Assembly: GCA_964016885.1 (NCBI GenBank)
Contig: OZ024741.1
Span: forward strand, 330,150,001-330,214,000
From: Eledone cirrhosa
Lineage: Eukaryota
DNA length: 64,000 nt
Direction: 5' to 3'
The position numbers and the translations under genes are program-made. The notes under the pieces are model-generated. The model worked only from the letters and a program-made list of their open reading frames with translations, did not search any database and was not told the origin of the DNA. This document shows, piece after piece, positions 12,424 to 24,786 of this stretch (positions within the stretch are counted from its first letter, which is position 1; each line of letters opens with the position of its first letter).

Positions 12424-13641
12424 ATGGCTTCAAGACTTAGCTACAAAGGAAATTCATCCTAAAATGCTACTGGAAGTATGAAAACACAGTATGAAAACAA
12501 GTCCAAAACAGTATATAGAAGAGAATTGCAGTCACTACATGACGAACCATCTCTTGAATCATTAATAAGTTTGTATCTGATGGAATTGTACATAATATAC
12601 ACATGAACCATTCTGGAAAACCACGGACATCAACTAGCCCCAGAAAACAAGAAAGGGTACTGGAAAGTTTTCACACAAGTCCAAAAGAATCTTTGCGGCA
12701 AGCAAGCCATGACATAGGAATTTCAAAAACATCTGTCCATTACATTTTAAAGCACTGCAATTGGAAAGGTTATATTCCTATACTAGTTCATGCTATCAAT
12801 GAAGATGATCCAGACAGAATAGAATACTGTGAATGGTACTTGGTAAAATACTTAGAAGATACATGCTTTCCAACAAAAGTTGTGTGGAGTGATGATGCTA
12901 CATTTAAATTAAATGGTTCAACTCACCGTCACAACTACACATAATGGGGGCCTGAAAATTTGCATGTTACAGTGGAACATGAAATTAATTTACCAGGAGT
13001 TACAGTGTGGTGTGGCATTACATCAAGAGGATTAATTGGACCATTCTTTTTTTGATGCTACAGTGACTGGTCTCGTTTACTTGAACATGCTGCAATAGAG
13101 ATGTCTTAGAAGATGAGGAATTTTACTTTCAGCAAGATGAAGTGCCACCACACTACCATCTTGATGTACAATCCTACCTTAATGAGATCTTGCCAAACAG
13201 GTGGATTGGAAAAAGAGGTTTTGTAGAATACCTTCCTCGTTCACCAGGCCTCACCCCTTTAGACTTCTTATGAAGATACTTAAAAGATAAAGTGTATGCT
13301 ACAAAACCAGCAACAATCACAAAACAGAGTTGCCATTGAACGAGAATGCACTAAAATACCTAATGAAATGTTTCTTGCTAGTAATACCACTGCCTCCTGC
13401 TGTCAATGTCTGGACCAGAAAAGATATCAATTTGAAAACAGGCGATAACAAAATCTTTAAAAAATGCATTAAAATAAATTACTTTATATGCATTATTTAA
13501 ATTATGTAAACATTTTTGGGTATTTACATACAATTGAATTATGTCTGTAGATAATTTTATTTATGGGAAAGGCTATGCATTCTAATAAATATTGCTTGTA
13601 CAGGTAATCAAAGTGTGTATACATTTTGGGGGGACACCGTG
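12424..13641 (+). mobile_element. degenerate DD41D (rosa-type) Tc1/mariner transposon
   Basis: [28 protein letters not shown]...PRSPGLTPLDF with 41 residues between the last two Asp. Multiple stops and frameshifts. Confidence 0.8.
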
Positions 13642-16600
13642 TCCAACCCTTGGAAGCAGGGAAAAGCAGACATAAAATGAAATGATGATAGAGAGAGAGA
13701 TAGATAAATGCTTTACAATTGTTATGTCATAGATCATTTCACAGTTAGTTGAAAAGTAAAATGTGTAAAGAAAAATATATACCTCTACATACAAAAAGAG
13801 TTACATATCTTTACCCCTGCTATATATATGTATACCATCATCATCCCCGTTTAATGTCTATTTTCAAATCTAACATGGGTTTGACAAGTCAGATCAGATG
13901 ACTGTCTTGATCATCCAGAACTGTTTCTGGCTTGGGTTCTATGGCTGGATGCCCTTCCAAACACCAACCACATTTACAGTGTGGATTGTGCTTTTTATCA
14001 TGGCACCAAAACAACCAACTGACAAGTTGGACTGGGTGCCTTTTGTCAGGTCACCAGCACGACAAGTGTGGATCGAGTGCTTTTTGTCAAGTAAAATATA
14101 ATATGGTTGCATTTTAAACTAATTAATATTTGAAATGTATATGTAGATATAAACGCCCTATGTAACAGGTCCCAGGCATGGCTTAGTGGTTAAGAGATTC
14201 ATTTTGCAATCACAAGGTCCAGAGTTCGATCCTGCATTGTACACTGTATTGGGCTGATTCCGCCTGAATTACATTGAGTACATACATCTATCTGTGGAAT
14301 ACTCAACCAAGTTACATATTAATTCACGAGCTAATCAAACAACTGGAACACCAACTGAAGACACAATGTTGTGTGTTTAGTTCAAAGCCCGTTAAAAAAA
14401 AAAAAAACCTATTGCGTTTTTGTAACTTAACAGTTTTCCGCCTCCTCGAACTTATTGTCAACCTCAATCTCGCTATCATCAGTTTCAATTTTGTTATCTT
14501 CTTCGCCTACTTATTCCTGAGAGGGCAGAGTACTCCAACACACCATCCAGAGTCCTATCAATCTGACTGGAGCCCCGAATAAGACCAACTGAACTTATGG
14601 ATGTTATCCATCATGGTCATGGTCTACCTCTGGGTATCTTGGCCTGTAAAATTTGTCCTGGAATTCTTTCATTAGACATTCTAACATATCTGTAATACTA
14701 AACATGTCTTTCAAAGAAGTATTTGGCTCTACCTGGAGTGACTCCATCACCGAGCCACGCACCCTAAAGTTACTCTGAAGTCTTTGGAGCAACACCCCAT
14801 TTCAGTTGCCTATATTTCATCCTCATCAACTTCAATTTTGTAGTTACTCTAAGACAGAGCGAATTATGAAAAGTGAGACATTTTAAAGTTTTGCAAGAAA
14901 TTGTCACTTCTTACATTACTGTAAATATACATACTTATTTAAAACTACATACTACACTATATACAACATGACAAAAACAAATATCAGTTTAACCGTTTAT
15001 TCAATATTCATATTTCTTAACAATTATATTCAGTAAACAAATTTAAATTGACTATAACAAGATTGAGGGAGGAAAGCCTGTAATATACTTATATAATTTT
15101 ATTCTCGCGTTATCTATAACTGAGACGGACTGCATGTGTGTGTATGTATGTATGTATGTACATACGTGGCTAGAGATGCGGCTGTTGCGATGGTTGAAGT
15201 GCTGCTCTGCACACATCACCAGTGAGAGTGGCATTGTCAAGCCTTTTGCCAGACCTTGTCCTTCACAGGTTTCTCAATCTGCCAATGGTATTTGACATTT
15301 GTTCAGTGTAAAGATTGTCTTTGTATCATTACTTGTGATTCCAGGCATCTATCTCTTACTGTTTACTAGTCTGACAGGTGTAGAGAGAACTGCAGAAGAT
15401 TGACAGTGCTGGTGCAAGCTTGCTGCCTTGTGTACCTTAAAATGCAAGACCTAAAACTAAGACCTCCCTCTATTGGTGTTCTGCAAAGCTCCATTCTAGG
15501 AACCATTTTATCCATAGCCTCAAAATTATTTGATTTTATTCTCAACGGACATGATATACCACAAATAATCCCTTCTATGCTGTTAGGCCTGAATGGATCA
15601 AATGCAAACAGTATAGATGTGTCAAGCCAGTTAATGCCAAATAATCCTTCTTGCTGAGCAACTCTAAAACTAAAACTGTATTTGGTGCCTTCTATTGTGT
15701 TACCAACACTACCACTTTACAGAGAGTATGGTATGGACCTGTTACTCATGAGGGAGTCATAGGGAGCACCATATTGTCATAAAGCATTTCTTAAACCTAC
15801 CGGAACCCATCTCTTCTCATGGTCTGAATACAGCAGAAGGATAGAAAATAAGAGAGCAGAAGTGAGAAAGAGACAGAGAAAAAATTGGCCCCACTACCAG
15901 ACTGGTACATTTTTGCCAACTTTGAATGGATGAAAGGCAAAGTTGACCTTGGCAGGATTTAAACTGAGCAGAGAGCAAATACTGCAAAGCCCTATCTAAT
16001 GTTCTAACATACCGAGTGTAATGGGTGTATTTTATTGTCACCAGCACTATTTTACAGAGTTTACTGGATGCATTTTATAAATAAAAGCCTCTGTAACAAA
16101 GTATTAAGAGTATATAGAGAATGATTCATTCTCCATCCAAATTGCCCCTTTTCATTTAAATTTCTTAAGACTTTAGGAGAGAAAAAATGTTTAATGTCAG
16201 ATGCTCCCATTTAGAGAAAACACACACAATTTAATGACTTACAACCAGTCTTCAAATGCCACCAGAGCTCCAATTTGTTTTCCATCTTGTCAATATATAT
16301 AGTAGAAAAATCAATTTATACTTTCCTTCACTTCTAAATGGAGAAGACTTCTCTTTTAGCCATACAATCAAAGATATTCCAGTTAAGACCAGACAATCAC
16401 ATTTGTTGTGGCCCAGTGGTTAGATCACAAGGTTGTGAGTTCAATTCCTATACTGGGCAGTGTTTATTGTGTTCTTGAGCAAGATGCATTATTTCCATTT
16501 GCTGCTTTATGATACAAGTTATCATCATCATTTAACATCTATTTTTCCACGCTTGCATGAGTTTAGACGACTTGACACATAATGTGACAACCTAAGTGAG

Positions 16601-17849
16601 GTGACCATGTCTTGCTCATATGGATCTGTATTTTGGATTAGTTTCTACAGCTGGATGCCCTTTCTAATGACAAACATGTTAGTGTGGATTGGGTGCTTTT
16701 TAAGTGCCTCTATCATTAAAACATTCGAGAAACCTATGAGATACAACTTTGTAGGTGTCCAGCTAAAACACGAAAAGTTGTGAAAATTTCCATTTTTCCC
16801 CACAGAACTACAGTATCTTTAGTGCTGTTTGAGATATTTGACTGCTATTTCTAGCAGGTTGAGCAAGAATGTAAACACTTGTTCATTGATTTGTGAAAAA
16901 GTTATACAGTTATATAGTAGTGTTGTGAGACAAGCATTGTAGAACAACTGAGGAGATTTTGGATTAAAACCAGTTCACCCACAATAATCCCCTATGAAGG
17001 TCTGCATAGTTAATTCAAAAACTAATGCAATGGTAGTATAAGCACTGTAATACAAGTAAAGACATTTTAACCGGTCAGAAGTTTCTCACCTCTTTCTGTT
17101 CAAACCGGCTGTAACCAGCCACTCACACTTATGTTAAGGTATTGTTCTCAAAATAAATATCAAAATCTCATAGATTCGATATTGTGTGATAAATTGTTTA
17201 CCATGAAAATACAATCGTAAATATAGGGTAATGTAAATGCTAAAGGGTTAATGTTAGGAGACTTCAAGTTGTTTTATTTTATTCAAAAAGGAAATTCATC
17301 CCACTCCTACCACTATCCTTATTGAACTAATTTGATCCAAAACTGCATGAAACTACCCTTCATCATACAATACAAAACTAAACTGTTTATATTTATCTAA
17401 AAACTTTCCACCATGAATCTATGTAAGAACCTTTGTCAAATTAGATTCTAAACACCAACTTAACAAGAAAACTCTCCAAATTCGTGATTATTTTCAAAAT
17501 CGTTCGAAAATTATAGGCAATATCTTTCGTTAGAAACATGGTAATGAAAGTGTTAAATTCTACAGTATTGGTTTTTCTTTAATTATATGGGCATTTTTTG
17601 TTCAGTTGAATGAATTCTACATTATTAATTAATTGAAATAGTGTTTTTCATTAGCAATATATCTATGAAAAGGTTACAGCTGTCAGCAGAAAAGGTTTTT
17701 GGGGAATGAAATCATCATCACCACCACTTAATGTCCATTTTCCCATGCTAGCATGGGTTAGACGAGTTGCTCCATTTGAGGTAAGTCAGATCAACACAAC
17801 ACTATAAAGGATGGAAAATAAGATTAATATGTAGCAAAAAACAGATTCG

Positions 17850-17855
17850 TTTATT
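17850..17855 (-). terminator. candidate polyadenylation signal for PAICS
   Basis: AATAAA on the minus strand about 130 nt downstream of the PAICS stop codon. Confidence 0.45.
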
Positions 17856-17987
17856 TCAGCTTAGAATGAAAAAAGTCCTTGATAGGGACATATCAAAAAT
17901 ATTTGGTGGAAAAAAAAAAAGAGGCAAACTAATATTGCTTAACAGAGAAAACAAAAGTTTGTTCACAGTGAAGTTTAAAGACAAAAA

Positions 17988-18148
17988 TCAGGAAACACGA
18001 CTACTCATATCAGATTTCTTTACGGACAGCCAGTTTTTGAATGTCAAAACCCGCATTTTAGCCCAAACTCTCTCATTGGACAATGCCAAAATCTGGGCAG
18101 CATGGATTGCTGCTGCTTCAGGGAAGATTATGGTAGAACAACCAATAC
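17988..18148 (-). CDS. PAICS: PAICS exon 8 (last coding exon)
   Basis: GIGCSTIIFPEAAAIHAAQILALSNERVWAKMR...SRVS*. TTTCAG acceptor. Phase matches exon 7. Confidence 0.93.
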
Positions 18149-18876
18149 CTGAAAAGTAAAATATAAAAAGGATAAGCACACATGCATACAAAGACACTGA
18201 CAAGGCTGGTGCTACCATTAAGGCGAACTAGACAGCTGCCTAGGGAAGAGAGACACATTACTGTACTTTAAAGAGCCATACAAATTTATAGAATTAAATA
18301 TACAGTAATTTACTGCAATCAAATATATTGTTAAATCATCCACAATGCTGCCATGCAGATTTGGGAGAATGGAACACACACTGTGAAGCTAACTGAGAGC
18401 GCTAAATACCAAGGTCCACCTCAGAACATGATACTATAGGATAAGATTATCTATCAGAAAAACCAATACAAAAGAACGTGGCACCATAGGGTTTGAAAAG
18501 GAGATGATTCCTTCTCATGAATCTAGGGGTCTGTAAGCTAAGTTCAAAATTAACTCTGTTATAAATAAAATATGCACACACTGCTGGGTGTCTATCCTTT
18601 TCCAAGAATAAATATTTCTCTTTTGATTGTTATCCTCACTATAACAATTTCCAGTACTTTGGTACAAACATAACAAATAACACACTGGTGTGGAAATTAA
18701 CATATTTCTTTCAACTGTTATTCTTACCATATAACAATCTGGGAGGGGAGTAATTGTAGAAGGGATGTGCAATTCATTTACATAAAAGGGCTCCATTGAC
18801 AGTGAAAATGTTGGGATTGCCATAGAGTTTGAATTGTTATAAGCTGGACTACACATAAATCAAATGGAAAACATAC

Positions 18877-19035
18877 CTGAAGGTAATCTCAGGGATGACC
18901 AAATATCCTCTTGTTCCCAATTTGAAGAAAGGGGTGGACAGTTGATAACTGGCAAGTTGGTATTTCCTGCCAAGACAGGGCCAAGCCCATTGCTTCGGCC
19001 AGCAACTGCTATCAACACAGTGGGAATAGCTTGGC
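18877..19035 (-). CDS. PAICS: PAICS exon 7 (PurE/AIR carboxylase domain)
   Basis: [35 protein letters not shown]...[15 protein letters not shown] boundaries. Confidence 0.95.
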
Positions 19036-19668
19036 CTAAGAATTCAAAGAAAAGAATAACATGTTTAAACAAGGAGAATTATTTGTCTTGCATAAGAATA
19101 TATGCATAAGAAAAGATGACTAGAATAAAGTCAGTGATTAATGTTCTGAAAAGAAATGGAATGAGATGGTTGAAGGATGAAATCACTGGGTGAAAGGAAT
19201 AGAGCTAGTGATGAATGTTGTGAAGAGAAATGGAATGAAATGGTTGATTTTTGTATTTTGAAAAGATGAAAGTGACTGGGTGAAAGAGGTGATGAATATT
19301 GTGAAGAAAAATGGAATGAAATAATTGGATCATATGTTGAGGAAGAACGAATGTCTGGGTGAGAGAAGTGATGGAAATGAATGTAGAAGGAATTAGAAGA
19401 AGAGAAATACAAGGCTAAAGATGATTGAGGAAGAAATGAAAGCCAGAGGGTTGGTGATGATAGGTGCAGATAATAGACCAATTATAACACTAAACCCCAC
19501 CCAAGAAAGAAAAACGGCCATAAAACACTTGTCAGAAAGAAAAGACTGATAATAAAGAGACAGACAGAATGAGGAAGAGTGTGTAAAGAAGAGTAAGAGA
19601 GAGAAAAGAGACATTAGAAGAAAACTAAGAGCTAAAGAAAAGACCAAACAAAAATAATAAAGTCTAAC

Positions 19669-19846
19669 CTTCATAATGAGCGAGAAGTTGGAGAGTACTT
19701 TCAGTACATTTGTGGGCAGATGCTACACGCATTGAACAGGGAATGTCCAGTTTCTCCAAATACGTGTGGATCTTTTGACAGAAGGACATATCTGAAGCTG
19801 ATCCCATGAAAACCACAACCTGACATATTTTCTTGGGCATTATCTC
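19669..19846 (-). CDS. PAICS: PAICS exon 6
   Basis: Manual translation EIMPKKICQVVVFMGSASDMSFCQKI...MRVASAHKCTESTLQLLAHYE. CAG acceptor, GTTAG donor. Confidence 0.93.
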
Positions 19847-19877
19847 CTGGTAATCAAATACAAAATCAAATAAAATT

Positions 19878-20385
19878 TACAGCTCACACCTATACAAGCT
19901 TAGCTGGCCTCAAATGAGATATCTCTTAACTTTCTTGGGTGTTATAATAGGAGAGGGGGCCCAGTCCTATTATGTCATAACAGCTCACACCTATACAGGC
20001 TTAGCTGGCCCCCTATGAGGTATCTCCGGAGGTTTCTTGGGTGTTTTAATAATAGAAGAGGGAACCCAGTCTCGTGCTGCTGTTAAAATAGCTCACATTT
20101 ATGCAAATTTAGCTAGCCCCCTATATTTTGTTTCTTGGGCGTTTAATGATGGGTGAGATGCAGTCTTCTCATGTTATAATAGTTCACACTTATGCAAATT
20201 TCGCTGGCACCACTAAGAGGCTGTATCTCACAGAAGGTTTTTTAGGAGTTTAATGATGAAGGGGAAGGAGCAGTCCTATCATGTATCAGCTCTGCAGGTT
20301 TAGTTGGCCTTCTACAAGGTTATCTTATAGGAAACGTCTTGTGCATTTAAATGATAGGGACCCCAATCCTGCCATCAAGACTGGT
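19878..20385. repeat. ~100-bp tandem array derived from a SINE 3' tail
   Basis: Five diverged CAGCTCACACYTATRCARRYTTAGCTGG...CCCAGTCCTAT units. Reverse complement of the tail of the SINE at 47460-47665. Confidence 0.75.
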
Positions 20386-21097
20386 CACCAGTCTGTTGCA
20401 GATCTTCCAAGAACAGTCAAATCAATATGGTTCATACTTAACCTGAACATCTGTAGATACAAGTCTACAAGAATAATATAGGCAGAGATGGAGGAGGTGG
20501 GGTGGGATTCTAGAGATTTACACCTATAGAGGGAATTGAGAGAAATATTTACACGAGAAGTAAAGCAAGGATTATTTATATCGGCTTCCACTACCTTGGC
20601 AATGAAGGCAACAGGTCACAGGGTGATACGAAAGATCACAACAAATGGTAATGGCAGCAGAGGGTAGTGAGGGAAAGGGTGACAGAGGGTGCTGAAGTAT
20701 TGTGAAACTAATACAAAAAAATGCCAGCATGGAAAAACATGTAAATTGATGATTTTTTTTTTTTAATTAAAAATTTTAATAACTATTAAGTGTTAATGTT
20801 ATGATAAAATGCACTCTGTACATTCAGTAAAGCTTTAATGTTGTTAGTGATAAAATACACCCAATACACTCTTTAAAGTGGTAGAGCTGATGCCACAATA
20901 AAATGCACTCAGAACATTTTGTAAAGTTTTTGGCATTAAGAAATGCATCCAGCTGTATAATCCATGCCAAAATATGGAATGAATGAGCAAGACAGTTCTC
21001 TGATAAGTTTGGTATCAGACCAAGAACAATAACCTGTTCAATTGATGCCAACTTGGAAAATGTACATGAAATGATAATGAAGATGAAAGAATCTTAC

Positions 21098-21267
21098 TTT
21101 GATTTGAGCAGCTACCCATTGAAAATTTCTTTTAACTGTTTCCATGCCATCCTTTGTGACTTCAGCCATGTCACGATAAACTTGTTTGTCAACCATCAAG
21201 CGTTTGTCTCCAGAAGGCCAAAGACGCCAAGAATCACTGTCAATAATGTCAGCCAGTAAGATTTCAC
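21098..21267 (-). CDS. PAICS: PAICS exon 5
   Basis: Manual translation [33 protein letters not shown]...[15 protein letters not shown] acceptor, GTAAG donor. Confidence 0.95.
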
Positions 21268-22467
21268 CTGAAAGAGAAGAAAAACAAGTTTGGTTTGGCT
21301 TTTTTTTTTGTCACACAGAACACAGACATTTGTTCAGGTTTGCTGTGCCTTTTGAGTTCAAATTCCACTGAGGTCATTTGCAAGTATCAGTTCTCTCTCC
21401 TTTTCTGAAAGAAATCAGCTGTGTTCCCACCTGGAGAGAAATGGGTTCCACCAGATTTAAATGCATCACACAGTGCTCCAATAACTCCATCAAGAGCTAA
21501 GGGGTCCATAGGTGGATAGAATTGTCTAATGAAATGAGCTGTACAAATTGATTCAGACCAAAGGAGGGTATCATAGAAATCATTGATTTTTATCATAAAT
21601 CCCTTACAAATGCAAATGTATTGATCAGCCACAGGTCAGCCCTGAATAAAGGCTTTGAAAGTCTAAAATCTGTCTTGAGCCTGGAGGCTCATCAGGCCGG
21701 GGCTTATACCGGTTTCCGTGGCGTGAAGTGACTGAGATTACAAGGATGCCAGTCTATCACAGGGTTAAACCCTCCACTATTGCTGTTACTCATTTTCAGC
21801 TGTGTATACTGGAGCAATGTGAAATGAAGTGTTTCACTCAAGAACACAACACACAACCCTGTCCAGGAATTGAACCCACATTATGATCCAGCCACAGAAA
21901 GCTTGCTAAAGGGTTGGAAGGACCGTTCAGTTGTGTCAAAAACATGACACTGAACACATCCCTAGCCTGTCTGAGAAGTCAGTAGCCCTGCTTCAGTACT
22001 GACTTGGTCTATGCAGACCTATCCAACCCTTGCTAGCAGGTAAAGCAGACATTAAAACGATGACAATGTGTTGTGCTGAATCTCTTTATGAACTACGTTA
22101 AGGGTACACAAGTCTGTGGAATATTCAGCTATGTATTTATAAAATTTCATAGGCTGGCCGTATACACAAGTCTGTGGAATACTCAACCATGTATATGTTA
22201 AATTTCACAAGCAGGCCATTCCATTGATAGAACTGGAGCCCACACCATGAAAAGATACAGAGGTCTATTCCAGTGATTTTGCAGCAACACCATCACCCTC
22301 ATCAAAGAAACAAACATACAACTAAAAATAAAACTTGATCCTCCACAAAAGCCATGGGTATGGCCCTTCCTCCATACTTAGAACTCACTCACCCCAAGTC
22401 TATTGCCACTAATAAGTCTCATGAAAAGAAAATTCCTCATGAAGTAAGTAATTTAATTCATGCTCAC

Positions 22468-22675
22468 CATTTATAGCAGACACACCAAATTCTATCTTCA
22501 TATCAACGAGAGTACAGTTGGCACCAGTCCAAGCCTTTTCCAAGACCTCAAAGACAAGAATTGTCATCTTCTCCATGATATCAACTTCATCGGCACCAAT
22601 CACTGTGTCACCACACTTTAGTTTGGCAGAAATTAGCTGTTCTCGGCTCCACTGTGGGTCGTGGTTGGCATCATC
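22468..22675 (-). CDS. PAICS: PAICS exon 4
   Basis: DDANHDPQWSREQL...VFEVLEKAW...CTLVDMKIEFGV. CAG acceptor, GTGAG donor. Confidence 0.95.
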
Positions 22676-23181
22676 CTGCAGACAAAGGAACAATAATGGC
22701 AATAATATTAAAGAATTGACTAAGAATTTTAAGCCCAACTGCCTGAATCGACCTCTTGACCTACAGATACAAAACTGCTTGCATTAAAGTGACTATCTTT
22801 ATCTAACAACTTGCCATCATATATCTTATGCAAGAAACTTTAAGTTATGTTCCAAACAGTAACAGTAACTTAATGGTTTGATTTAGGCACATGGCCAATA
22901 TATATGTGTACTAGCTGGCCCGTCCGGCTGGCATTGGCATGTTTTATGGCATCCATCATCATCATCAACGTTTAACGTCCGTGTTCCACGCTTGCATGGG
23001 TTTGGACGGGGGTAGTCCCACTTGAGGCAAGAGTGATTGTCTTGCTCGCATAGGACTGTCTGTCCATATATATATATATATATATAGATAGATAGAGAGA
23101 GCTGACGTACCTAGCTTCGCTTGGATAAACAGACGATAAGCCGTCTGTGTAGTATAGTATTACTATTGAAAATATATAGTA

Positions 23182-24063
23182 CTAGCAGTGGTACCCGGCG
23201 TTGCACAGGATAAGGTATTTTGGAACGCGGGCCGCCAACAGACCTAATTGTGGAAAAACTGCATGCATGGACAATATGTAAAGAAAATAAACCGAATACT
23301 CTGATGGCTGGATAATCTTTAACATTTTCCTTGATGAAGCAGGAAAAATGCAGGTTTTCACTTAATGCAGGTCCTAGGGGATCAAGAAAATTAATTTTTT
23401 TTATGTGCATAATATGCCTTTAAATTTCGGGAAAACCAGCTAGACGTACCGCCTCCAAAAAGCCCCAAGAAACTGAAAAAAAATGAAGGTTTCCAATGCG
23501 GCCCCTAGGCCACAAGAAAGTTGGATTTTCTTTGCTTACGGTATAAAGAGACTGACTAATACATAGTTACAATTTCAAAGAAATCGGTATGACGCAACGC
23601 CTAAAAAAAAACCCTAAAAATTTTAAAAACAGTTTTTCACCTAATGCAGGCCCTAGGAGATAAAAAAAAGTTGAATTTTTTTATGTGCATAACACTCCCT
23701 GAAACATAAGTAATACACATGTAAAGTTTGAAAAAAATTGGTTGGGTACTTCGAGTTTTAGGGATTCAAACTCACAAACTCACAGACAGACATCCTCAGG
23801 GAAGTGACGTAATGCAAACAGTCAGACATACAGACAGATATTATAAGGGCACAACGTCATATGTATGTATCTATCTAAAAAGAGAAAGACTAAGAATTAT
23901 AGAGAGAGATCACTAAATCGCCTATGCTCAGAACATTCCCTGAAACATAAGTATTACATGTGTAAAGTTTGAAAACAGTCGGTTGGGTGGTTCTCGAGTT
24001 TTAGGGATTCAAACTCTCACACACACACACAGAGACAGACATCCTCAGTTTTAGATATATAGA
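23182..24063 (-). mobile_element. non-autonomous Helitron-like element
   Basis: Minus strand starts TCTATATATC and ends CCTGTGCAACGCCGGGTACCACTGCTAG. Internal tandem repeats and (CAGA)n. Confidence 0.7.
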
Positions 24064-24100
24064 CTAGCAGAAAACCACCCACGGGGCGGTTTTCTGCTAG

Positions 24101-24372
24101 TCTATATATCTAAAACAGAGAATGTCTGTCAGCTCACTAAAACTTGAGAACCATCCAACCGATTGTTTTCAAACTTTAGACATGTAATACTTATGGTCCT
24201 GTGAGTGTTTTGAGCAAAAATTATTTCAAATTTTCAATGCCCTAGGGACCGCATTAGGCGATTTAGCGTTCTCTCTATATAATTCTTAGTCTTTCTTTTT
24301 AGATAGATACATAGATATAACGTTGCGCCCTTATAATATCTGTCTGTATGTCTGACTGTCTGCATTACGTCA
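24101..24372 (+). mobile_element. Helitron-like 5' portion, inverted relative to 23805-24063
   Basis: Starts TCTATATATCTAAAAC. Reverse-complement similarity to 23805-24063 and 31553-31816. Confidence 0.7.
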
Positions 24373-24589
24373 TTATGACGCGCTCAGCGCGATTCCCTCG
24401 GCCTCAGTGACCAAAGTCAGTGGAGAGGGGAAGGTAATGTTTCTGTAGCACGTGTTTTAGCGTCTATTCACTCTATCTCCCGCTATCCCCCTCTCGTAGT
24501 CTGCCTCTTTCTTTCACTCTCTCTCTACGCACGTGTTTCCACTGTCGGACAGACAGACAGAGAAATTGCTGGTTATATATATATAAGTA

Positions 24590-24786
24590 GATAGGCCAAG
24601 TGTAAGCTGTCCCTGAAAGGTCGGACGGAGGTGGCGAACATTTACATAGCGTCCGTCACCTACTACCGCCTGACTGTCGTGCCTTGCCCTAAGGAAACAC
24701 TCACCACCATGGAACGCATGCTCTTTCAATTTCTTTGGAAGAAGCGCCCTCCTATGGTGAGAAGATCCATCTGCTGCCAACAACCT
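24590..24786 (+). mobile_element. L1/Tx1-clade retrotransposon fragment
   Basis: Translation KLSLKGRTEVANIYIASVTYYRLTVVPCP...MERMLFQFLWKKRPPMVRRSICCQQP. Confidence 0.65.

Noticed and set aside
16947-16976. CTGAGGA-GATTTTGGATT-AAAAC-CA-GTT hammerhead-like string
   Set aside because: G12 is missing and there is no stem I pairing, so it cannot be distinguished from chance.
21675-21695. Minus-strand CTGATGA-GCCTCCAGGC hairpin
   Set aside because: No following GAAA or cleavage triplet. Part of a SINE tail.
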